Source of the DNA: Bdellovibrionia bacterium
Lineage (GTDB): Bacteria > Bdellovibrionota > UBA1018
Direction of reading: 5' to 3'
DNA: 27,800 bases
Assembly: GCA_049424145.1 (NCBI GenBank)
Contig: JBMSSC010000021.1
Coordinates: 1-27,800 of the forward strand
This document shows, in pieces, positions 9,906 through 17,534 of the stretch. A program made the translations under genes and the position numbers. Positions within the stretch are counted from its first letter, which is position 1. Each line of letters opens with the position of its first letter. The notes under the pieces are model-generated. The model was not told the DNA's origin, searched no databases, and saw only the letters and a list, made by a program, of their open reading frames with translations.

Positions 9906-10497
9906 AGCCCTGCCCGGCGTGGTTCTCGACTCTCAAGCCTTTGGTCGAACCGAAATCCCCTCGCTATGGATTGAGTTGAACTCGATCCACACGATTGCTC
10001 AGTTTTTAAAAACAACGGAGCCCCACTTTTTGGATTGGCTTGAGAATCTCTCAGTCGTGCAAGTCGATCAAGCCTTGGTGGTGAACTATTTTCTCAGATC
10101 CACACGCTCAAAGGATCAATTGGTGCTCCGAGGATCGGTCGTACCCGAATCTCCTTTAAAAAAAGTAGTTCTCTGCTCGACTCGCGCTATCTGGCCAATG
10201 GCTGAGCCTTGGGAGCAGGAAGCAGAAGAGCTCTTTGGAATCGCGTTTCGGAGCGACTTCACACAAAAAGAGATCGGAGTGAGGCGTCAAATTCTCCCTG
10301 AGGGTTGGGTGGGATTTCCTATGAGAAAAGAGTATGTTTTTCCCCAGGAAGTCTATGGAATCCCTCATCGCAGGGCGAAGCTCAAGCCAGAGCCGAATCC
10401 TCAGGACCCAAATGAGTCCGACTTCAGCTCAAGTGGGGATCCTCACGCGCGGAGCACTTCGTTAAGCGCTCACACCAAGAAAGACATGGGCTCATGA
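9871..10497 (+). CDS. nuoC: NuoC-like subunit (set 1)
   Basis: WEQEAEELFGIAF and ILPEGWVGFPMRKEY match the NuoC signature. The GTG start at 9871 is inferred (overlaps the nuoB end). Confidence 0.85.
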   Translation: MDKTLLLKTLNKALPGVVLDSQAFGRTEIPSLWIELNSIHTIAQFLKTTEPHFLDWLENLSVVQVDQALVVNYFLRSTRSKDQLVLRGSVVPESPLKKVVLCSTRAIWPMAEPWEQEAEELFGIAFRSDFTQKEIGVRRQILPEGWVGFPMRKEYVFPQEVYGIPHRRAKLKPEPNPQDPNESDFSSSGDPHARSTSLSAHTKKDMGS

Positions 10498-11630
10498 TTC
10501 AAGCCGATCAGGATTTTTTTGACTCCGATTTAACCGTTTGCGAAATTGGGCCTTACCATGGAGCTTTTCCTTCCCCAATGAGGATGCGCTTAAGCTTAGA
10601 TGGGGAAATTATTGCCCGAGCGGAAGTGGAAACGGGTTTTTTGCATCGGGGCTTAGAAAAAGCCTGCGAACTCCATCCTTGGTTCTCCTTAGTTTCGTAT
10701 GCTGATCATTTAGATCCCGAGGTGGCCCTTTTTGGGGAGTTGGCCGTGTGCCTAGCCGTTGAGCAGATCTGTGAAATTTCTGTTCCTAAGCGAGCCAAGG
10801 CGATTCGCATGATTTTATCTGAGTTAACCCGGATCTCTGCTCATTTGGCCTACCTCGTGCGCATGGCCAAGGTGGTGGGCTCAGAAACGATCATTCACTA
10901 TGTTTTAAGGGATCGCGAGAAGATTTTAGATCTCTTTGAGTTGCTCACGGGCGCTCGGTTTTCGCTCAACTTTTTACGCTTCGGCGGAGTCAATGCCGAT
11001 GTGACCGATGGTTTTATTGAGCGAGTGCTGGAAGTGTGTGAAATGATCCGGATTCGCATGAAAGAGTACAATGATCTATTCACCTTTAATCAGAGCTTTT
11101 TAAAGCGGACGTCATCGTTGGGGATCATTGATGCGCAGTGGATTCGAGCCTTTGGGGTTACTGGCCCAAATGCCCGTGCCTCGGGCATTGCCGAGGACTT
11201 TAGAAAGATTCATCCCTACTCGGGTTATGATGAGTTGGATTTTGAAGTTCCTGTGAGTCGCTCAGAGGCGGGAAAAAACGGGAGCGTCCATGATCGCTTT
11301 CTGCTTAGGCTGAGGGAAATGAATCAAAGCATCGAGATCCTCAAGCAAGTCTCAGATCATATTCCCTCAGGCGACTATCGCGTGGGAAAAGTGGGTCGGG
11401 ATTTTACTGTGCCTCCTGGCGAGGCCTATGCTCGAGTGGAGAGTGCTCGGGGACTCCTGGGCTGCTATGTGGTCTCTCATGGCACCCATTATCCTAACCG
11501 GGTTCAGTTTCGAACGGCGACTCAGGGAAATCTGATGCTGATTCCTCAGGTGGTCCCTGGGCTCAGAATTGAGGATTTACCCGTCTTTCTCGCCAGTTTA
11601 GATCTCGGAATCGCGGAGGCGGATCGATGA
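10494..11630 (+). CDS. nuoD: Divergent NuoD-like subunit (set 1)
   Basis: IGPYHG, LDGEII, GFLHRGLEK, ELTRISAHL, TGPNARASG, EAYARVESARG, C-terminal EADR; no NiFe CxxC motifs. Confidence 0.9.
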   Translation: MIQADQDFFDSDLTVCEIGPYHGAFPSPMRMRLSLDGEIIARAEVETGFLHRGLEKACELHPWFSLVSYADHLDPEVALFGELAVCLAVEQICEISVPKRAKAIRMILSELTRISAHLAYLVRMAKVVGSETIIHYVLRDREKILDLFELLTGARFSLNFLRFGGVNADVTDGFIERVLEVCEMIRIRMKEYNDLFTFNQSFLKRTSSLGIIDAQWIRAFGVTGPNARASGIAEDFRKIHPYSGYDELDFEVPVSRSEAGKNGSVHDRFLLRLREMNQSIEILKQVSDHIPSGDYRVGKVGRDFTVPPGEAYARVESARGLLGCYVVSHGTHYPNRVQFRTATQGNLMLIPQVVPGLRIEDLPVFLASLDLGIAEADR

Positions 11631-12706
11631 GTTCAGGTTTACTCTGGGTGATTTCTTGGTGCGATTTTCTGGGCTTCCCCTCGGATCTGCCTCAATGGTT
11701 TTATGCGCTGCTTTCGATTTTATGCATCTACTGGCTTGTGGTGGTTCCTTTTGGTCTCTTAGTGACTTTCTTAGATCGTAAGCTCAGTGCCGACTTACAA
11801 GCTCGCGTGGGTCCTAATCGTGCTGGGCCCAAAGGGGCTTTTCAGCCGATTGCTGATTTAATTAAGCTGCTTCAGAAAGAAAATCAGGCTTCTTGGTTTT
11901 GGGGAGAAAGTCTGTGGCTTGGGGTCCATACCATGGCCTTGTATTCCACGTTGGCGGTGTTGCCCTTGGGCTCACTGGCTCTTTTAGTGGACACCGAGGT
12001 CAGTGCGTTTTTACCTTTTTGGGCTGCTCTCGTGTTGGCGTTAGGAACGATGCTTTTAGGCTTGAGCCAAGGTTCCGTCTCAGGTTTGTTCGGGGGTATT
12101 CGAATCGCAGCGCAGTCGTTGGCCGGATCCCTTCCCGCTTTGGTGTCGATTCTCTGCGCGGGGGTGCGCACCGGAAGCTTCAAATGGAGCGCTTTTGCAG
12201 CCGTTCAGGAGTTTTCTCCTTGGACGTGGACGGTTTTTTCCAATCCCTTTGAGACCATGGCTTTTGGAGTGTTTGTGATGAGTGGAATGGTGCTACTTGC
12301 GATTCCTCCTTTAGATGGAGGGCTGTCCGTCTCGGATATTCATGGAGGCGTCTCCTCACACCTTCATGGACGCAGGCTGAGTCTTTATTTGTTTGGTCGA
12401 TTCTATGGATTCCTTCTATGGTCCTTGATTACTGTGGTGATGTTCCTGGGGGCTTGGCGCCTTCCGATGGGGCTTTCTGAGACTTTAAAGGAAGCCTACT
12501 CCTACAAAGTCCTCGCGTTTCTGGAGTTGACCCTACTTTTGGCTAAAACCTTGGTCCTGATGCTGTTGATCCTCTGGGTTGCACGAGTCAATTCGCGCAG
12601 TCGCGTGGATCAAATTACGGATTTCACCTGGAAAGTGCTGAGTCCGTTTTCCCTGTTGGCCCTTGTGGGGGCTAGTTTTTGGGTGAGTGGGAGGGCTTTC
12701 TGGTGA
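11627..12706 (+). CDS. nuoH: Divergent NuoH-like subunit (set 1)
   Basis: DRKLSADLQARVGPNRAGPKGAFQPIADLIKLLQKE and RSRVDQITDFTWKVLSP; multi-TM protein. Confidence 0.9.
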   Translation: MSSGLLWVISWCDFLGFPSDLPQWFYALLSILCIYWLVVVPFGLLVTFLDRKLSADLQARVGPNRAGPKGAFQPIADLIKLLQKENQASWFWGESLWLGVHTMALYSTLAVLPLGSLALLVDTEVSAFLPFWAALVLALGTMLLGLSQGSVSGLFGGIRIAAQSLAGSLPALVSILCAGVRTGSFKWSAFAAVQEFSPWTWTVFSNPFETMAFGVFVMSGMVLLAIPPLDGGLSVSDIHGGVSSHLHGRRLSLYLFGRFYGFLLWSLITVVMFLGAWRLPMGLSETLKEAYSYKVLAFLELTLLLAKTLVLMLLILWVARVNSRSRVDQITDFTWKVLSPFSLLALVGASFWVSGRAFW

Positions 12707-13236
12707 GACACTCAATTTTTCGGACCATCATCCTTTATGTTCGTGGGGTCTTCATTGGCGCGTGGTCAATTGTGGGTTCGTGCCTGACGGCTTTACCCTA
12801 CTTGTTTCGTTGGGATGAAATGAGAAAGGAAGTCACGGAAGGGTATCCTGACCCGGTTTCATCTAAAACGGCCGATGATCTACCGCCTCGCAGTCGGGGC
12901 CTATTATTCAACGATATCGATCGCTGCATTGGCTGCAAAGAATGTGAGAAGGCGTGTCCCACGGAGTCGATTCAAATTGAGGCAGAACCCGGAGCAGATG
13001 CATCGAAGATTTGGGTGTCTGTCTTTGATGTGGATTTCTCCAAATGCACCTTTTGTGGATTATGTGTGGAGGTCTGTGAGCCAGGGTCTTTAGTTCACAC
13101 CCGACAGTACGAGGGTGCGGCCTATCACTTAAAAGATTTGGTGGCCAGTTTTGGTCGCGGTCAAATCACCCCTGAGTATCGAGCCAAATGGGCTGCCATT
13201 CGCCAGATGAGTGAAAGCGATGAGGTGGTTTTATGA
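12703..13236 (+). CDS. nuoI: NuoI-like 2x[4Fe-4S] subunit (set 1)
   Basis: VTEGYP, LPPRSRG, CIGCKECEKACP and CTFCGLCVEVCEP; GTGA overlap with the nuoH stop. Confidence 0.9.
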   Translation: MRHSIFRTIILYVRGVFIGAWSIVGSCLTALPYLFRWDEMRKEVTEGYPDPVSSKTADDLPPRSRGLLFNDIDRCIGCKECEKACPTESIQIEAEPGADASKIWVSVFDVDFSKCTFCGLCVEVCEPGSLVHTRQYEGAAYHLKDLVASFGRGQITPEYRAKWAAIRQMSESDEVVL

Positions 13237-13294
13237 GCCTAAGAGATCGGTCTGGGAGTGACCCCAGCTGCGAGTTCTCAAGCAGGGAGAGGTT

Positions 13295-13789
13295 ATGATG
13301 GGATGGGTTTTCTCGGGCATTACTTTAGTGGCCGTGTTCATGACCTCATTTGATGGCAATATGAAGCGCTCCATCTTTGCGCTCTGGGTTGCGGGCCTGG
13401 GCGTCGGAGCCATTTACCTCACCATTGGAGCTGAGTTTTTAGCGATGGTCCAATGGGTCGTCTCCACGTTGGTGACCATCTCGTTTGTTTTTTTTTCCGT
13501 CATGTTTGGCGAGTACAAAACGTCTGTTTCCCATGAGACCTCCAACCCTTGGGTTTTAAAATTCTTTGCTCTGGTTTTGGGGCTGGGGTTTGCTGGAGTC
13601 ATTGGGGTGGGAACGCAGAACTTTTCCTTGAAGAACTTCTCAGTGGACTCCGGGGGAGCTGATTTAGCTTTAATCGGACAAAAACTCACGCAGGAAAACC
13701 TCCTCTCATTAGAAGTCTTGGCTTTAACCTTGTTTTTAGTCGTGGTGGGTGCCGGTGTGATTGCCCGCTCCGAAAAAAGGGGGCTGTAA
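13295..13789 (+). CDS. nuoJ: Divergent NuoJ-like subunit (set 1)
   Basis: Five TM segments, GAEFLAMVQ, IGQKL...LSLEVLALTLFLVVVGAGVIAR; RBS GGAGAGG; gene order. Confidence 0.85.
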   Translation: MMGWVFSGITLVAVFMTSFDGNMKRSIFALWVAGLGVGAIYLTIGAEFLAMVQWVVSTLVTISFVFFSVMFGEYKTSVSHETSNPWVLKFFALVLGLGFAGVIGVGTQNFSLKNFSVDSGGADLALIGQKLTQENLLSLEVLALTLFLVVVGAGVIARSEKRGL

Positions 13790-13790
13790 G

Positions 13791-14078
13791 ATGATGCTCG
13801 TTGCGGGCCTGATCGGGGGCCTAGGTTTAGTCTGCATGATTTCAAGAAGAACCTTATTGGGTTTACTCATGGGCATTCAGTTGTTGGTCTTAGGTTCCAC
13901 CATGATGTTTGTCTTGGCCGGGATTGCAGCAGGACTGCCCATTGAGGGTCATATTTTTGGTCTCTTCATCATTTTAGGTGGCGTTGCTCAACTCGTGGTG
14001 GGGTACGCACTTGCCATCCGTTTTTTCTTTTTGAAGAAGAAAATTTCTATGGATGAATTACAGGCGTTAAAACAATGA
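13791..14078 (+). CDS. nuoK: Divergent NuoK-like subunit (set 1)
   Basis: 95 aa, three TM segments, ISRRTLL...MGIQL, C-terminal SMDELQALKQ resembling the NuoK tail; gene order. Confidence 0.85.
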   Translation: MMLVAGLIGGLGLVCMISRRTLLGLLMGIQLLVLGSTMMFVLAGIAAGLPIEGHIFGLFIILGGVAQLVVGYALAIRFFFLKKKISMDELQALKQ

Positions 14079-16018
14079 TTAGCTCATCAAATCCACTCAC
14101 CCTTCTGACTCTCTGTACGTTATTCGTTCTTTTAATCGGTATGGTGTCGTTTATCTGGGGGAAACACTTACCAGGTAAAGGTCTCTGGCTCAGTTGGCTT
14201 GCCATGGTGATTTTTGTCGCAGGCCTAGGCATTGATTGCGGGCTGTTTTTTAATGAACCCTTTGAGGCAAAATCTTGGAGTGTTGGGTGGATTGGTTCCA
14301 GGCAGGATCTCGGAGCCATCACCATTGGTGTGTTTCAGGATGCCTTAGCCATTGCCATGAGCTTTCTAGCAGCCCTCGTTGCCATCACATTGATCGTGGA
14401 TCGAGCTGATTTGCCCAGTCAATGGGATCGCAATAAATCCTATGGCCCGTTGATTGTCTCGATGGCTGGTGTCGCTTTGTCGTGGAATTCGATGACTCCT
14501 TGGATGGCCCTAGGAGGCCTCATGTTTGTTATCCTGGGAGGCTTTCTATTGGGCGGCGTGGCTGGAGACTCCAATCAAGAGGCAAAGAGTGCTTCTCGAT
14601 TTTTAATGGAGCGAGTCTTTGGATTTCTCCTCTCGTTTTTGGGCTCCTGCGTTTTAGCCGTTTCAAGACCTGCGTTGACCTTAGATCAACCCCTTTCCTG
14701 GCTTTCTTCCGGGGGGAATCCAGCCTCCACCTGGGTGGGCAGTTTCCTTTTAGTGTTTGGACTTTTTTTACAAGCTCAGCCTTTTCCTTTTTTAGGCTGG
14801 GTGGTGCTGAGCTCGGAGCTCAGTCCTCCGTTTCGAATTCTATTAAATCAAATCTTTCCCGCTTGGAGCGCTTTTGCGTTATTAGTGAGGCTTGAACCGT
14901 TTTTAACAGGCCTGGGTTTGTTTCCTCATCTGGGCTGGTTTGCATTAGCTTCATCCATTTTAACCGTGTTTGTGGGGTTGTTTCAAAACCAGTGGCGTCA
15001 GGGCCTAGGGCTTTGGTTGTCTTCCGGTTTTTCCCTCTCGTTTGCGCTGCTGGCCTTTAGTGGACCTTTGGCTGCCATGAGCCTTCTTCTGGGTGTGAGT
15101 CTGGGGGCGTTAATTCTCTCCAAAGCGGCGGTTGGCTTGTCTGAGGAGAATTCAAAAAACCCTCTGCAGAAGAATCAGGGGTTTTGGACTCGGTTTGTGA
15201 TCATTTTAGGGGCCTCAGCCGGCTCAGGAATGATGGGCTTTGTTTCAGCCGTAGGGGGAGTGCGAGGGCTTGCCGATGCGCTTAATTTTCCTGGTCTGAT
15301 CACCTTGTTTGTGGTGGCAATTTTTCTCTTCGGTCTTTTGTGCTGGAAAGTGGCTTGGACTCTCACGCGATTAAAGCGAGTCTCCGATGCTTCCTGGTTA
15401 TCCATCTTCTTGCCCTTTTTTTGGGCCGTCTTGGCGATGGGCTGGGTTTGGACAGGCCTCATCTCAGGAGACCTTCTTTTGGGTGGTGCGGATCGCCTCA
15501 TCCCCTCGTTATTCTCCTATTTTTTTAACTCACAAGAGCTCGAAGTGATCCCTTCTCCGGAGTTGATCTCCGCATCGGGAATCTACTGGGGGGCTTTGGG
15601 CTTCTCCATGGCCACGGCGTTTTGGACGGCCGGACGAAAAGAGGATCGCTGGTTGAATTTAGCCCGCGTGATGCCCAAAACAACTCGGTTTATTGCCAGC
15701 GGCTATGGAGTGGATCAACTCGTTCATCGGATGCTGTGCGTGATCATTTCCTTGGGTCAATTTTCTGAACGGATGATTGATCAGCGGGTATGGAGCCTCT
15801 GGATCCCGCGCGGGCTCAGTGGGGGGGTTTTGAAGGTTTCTCGGTGGGCGGATCGCTTGGACCTAGCGATTTCTTTTTACTTGGGGCGTCTTCTCAGGCT
15901 CAGTGTGGAGCTTCCTGCAAAAGCATTGCAAAGGGTTCACACGGGGGATCTCCGCTGGTATTTATTTTTTGCTTTAACGTCGGGTCTGGTTTTGTTGTCG
16001 TATTTTTTAAAAAATTAG
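14075..16018 (+). CDS. nuoL: Highly divergent NuoL-like antiporter-fold subunit (set 1)
   Basis: 647 aa polytopic protein; DALAIAM, GYGVDQL and LQRVHTGDLRWYL match the NuoL N-terminal and C-terminal (post-lateral-helix) motifs; lies between K and M. Confidence 0.8.
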   Translation: MISSSNPLTLLTLCTLFVLLIGMVSFIWGKHLPGKGLWLSWLAMVIFVAGLGIDCGLFFNEPFEAKSWSVGWIGSRQDLGAITIGVFQDALAIAMSFLAALVAITLIVDRADLPSQWDRNKSYGPLIVSMAGVALSWNSMTPWMALGGLMFVILGGFLLGGVAGDSNQEAKSASRFLMERVFGFLLSFLGSCVLAVSRPALTLDQPLSWLSSGGNPASTWVGSFLLVFGLFLQAQPFPFLGWVVLSSELSPPFRILLNQIFPAWSAFALLVRLEPFLTGLGLFPHLGWFALASSILTVFVGLFQNQWRQGLGLWLSSGFSLSFALLAFSGPLAAMSLLLGVSLGALILSKAAVGLSEENSKNPLQKNQGFWTRFVIILGASAGSGMMGFVSAVGGVRGLADALNFPGLITLFVVAIFLFGLLCWKVAWTLTRLKRVSDASWLSIFLPFFWAVLAMGWVWTGLISGDLLLGGADRLIPSLFSYFFNSQELEVIPSPELISASGIYWGALGFSMATAFWTAGRKEDRWLNLARVMPKTTRFIASGYGVDQLVHRMLCVIISLGQFSERMIDQRVWSLWIPRGLSGGVLKVSRWADRLDLAISFYLGRLLRLSVELPAKALQRVHTGDLRWYLFFALTSGLVLLSYFLKN

Positions 16019-16028
16019 AGGGAATCCT

Positions 16029-17528
16029 GTGAGCCATCATTTAATTAGCATGACTGTTTTCTTTCCTCTGCTGGGAACCATCCTTCAAGCCATCTTGCCG
16101 TCGTCCAGAAGTCGGTGGGTGAGCTTTTCGGCCAGTCTACTCTCCAGCGTCTGTGCTGCAGTACTGGTGATTTCGATGCAAGGGCAGAGTGCGGAGCTGC
16201 AAGCCATTGAGTCGTATTCTTGGGTGGGGTCCTACGCCATCAGCTACGATATGGGTGTGGATGGTTTAAATGCTCTGATGGCCCTTTTGATTGCTATTTT
16301 ATTCCCGGTGCTCATTGCCTCAGAGTGGAATCAAAAATCCGGGGTTCGAGGGATGCATGGGTTATTTCTCATTCTTCAAACTTCACTATTTGGGGCCGTA
16401 TTTGCTCAGGACTTGTTTTTACAATTTTTCTTTTGGGGCTTAAGCGCACTCCCGTTTTACTTCTTAGTGGGGATTTGGGGAGGCGAGAATCGGGAGAAAG
16501 CTGCGTTTCGTTCCATGGTGGCTTCCTCTTTGGGAAATGCACTGATTTTTGCAGCCTTGGTTTTGATCTACTACTCAGTGGACCCTCATAGTTTTGCTCT
16601 CAAAGAGCTTAGTGGTGGAAAGCTTGCGGGGAAGTCTTTTGAGTTTTTGGGCTTTCAACTCCCTGTGGCGACAGTGGCTTTTGGGTTAATGAGTGCTGGG
16701 ATTTCCATGCGGGCTCCGATTTGGCCGTTTCATGGGTGGTTTACGGAAGTGGCCCAGGAGGCACCGCCTTCGGTCATGGTAGCGCTTGCGGCAGGGTGTG
16801 TGCCTGTGGCGATCTATATTTTTATTCGGGTGAGTTATTTTTTATTTCCTGAGATCTTAAGCGATGTCACCGGATTCATTGTGGGTGTGGGCATCATTAA
16901 CCTCATCATGGGGGGGTTGTGTGCTGCCTATCAGAGGAGTTTACGAAAACTGCTAGCGTTCATCTGTTTAAGTGAGCTGGGGTTGGTGTTGATGGGGATT
17001 GGCTCTCTGAGTCCGGTCGGTTTAGTTGGTGCTGTCTATCAACAGATGATCTTAGGGTTAAGCTTGGCAGGATTTGGTTTGTTTTCGGGGGTGATTTCTG
17101 AGCGCACCGGGCACTGCTTATTTCAAGATGAAGCAGGAGTGAGGACCTATGGCGGGATTGCTTCGAAGGCTCCTTTTTTCTCGGTCTTCACGGGGATTGT
17201 GGTGGCTTCTCTCATTGGATTCCCAGGTCTTGCTGGATTTGTGGGTCACGCGCTTGTGATGATTGGAAGCTATTCCATTCACCCCGCAGCCGTCTTAGTG
17301 GTGGGGGGAACTTTATTGTTGGCCTCCTACTACCTTTTTCATATGTACCGTGGGATTTTTTTAGGAAAACCAGCGGAGCATTCAGAGACGTTCTCTGATC
17401 TCACCCTGCGTGAGCGCGCGTATTTATTTCCTGTGGTCTCGGGACTTTTGTTTTTTGGTCTGTATCCCAAGCCCGTGATTGAGCTGATTCGTCCGACTAT
17501 TTTAACCCTACTGTCTACGGTCAAGTGA
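16029..17528 (+). CDS. nuoM: Divergent NuoM-like subunit (set 1)
   Basis: YDMGVDGL, QDLFLQFFFW, PFYFLVGIWGGENR, PIWPFHGWF...EAP, GFPGLAGFVG, DLTLRE, FGLYPKP. Confidence 0.9.
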   Translation: MSHHLISMTVFFPLLGTILQAILPSSRSRWVSFSASLLSSVCAAVLVISMQGQSAELQAIESYSWVGSYAISYDMGVDGLNALMALLIAILFPVLIASEWNQKSGVRGMHGLFLILQTSLFGAVFAQDLFLQFFFWGLSALPFYFLVGIWGGENREKAAFRSMVASSLGNALIFAALVLIYYSVDPHSFALKELSGGKLAGKSFEFLGFQLPVATVAFGLMSAGISMRAPIWPFHGWFTEVAQEAPPSVMVALAAGCVPVAIYIFIRVSYFLFPEILSDVTGFIVGVGIINLIMGGLCAAYQRSLRKLLAFICLSELGLVLMGIGSLSPVGLVGAVYQQMILGLSLAGFGLFSGVISERTGHCLFQDEAGVRTYGGIASKAPFFSVFTGIVVASLIGFPGLAGFVGHALVMIGSYSIHPAAVLVVGGTLLLASYYLFHMYRGIFLGKPAEHSETFSDLTLRERAYLFPVVSGLLFFGLYPKPVIELIRPTILTLLSTVK

Positions 17529-17534
17529 GGTCTT

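Noticed and set aside
9435..13236. Set 1 as a group 4 [NiFe]-hydrogenase (Ech/Hyc/Hyf/Mbh)
   Set aside because: The large subunit lacks both CxxC Ni-binding motifs and ends in the NuoD-type E.DR; NuoB has the tandem CC of complex I; gene order is nuo-like.
13233..13298. 21-codon ORF bridging the set 1 nuoI stop and nuoJ start
   Set aside because: Too short and featureless to support; nuoJ has its own RBS.
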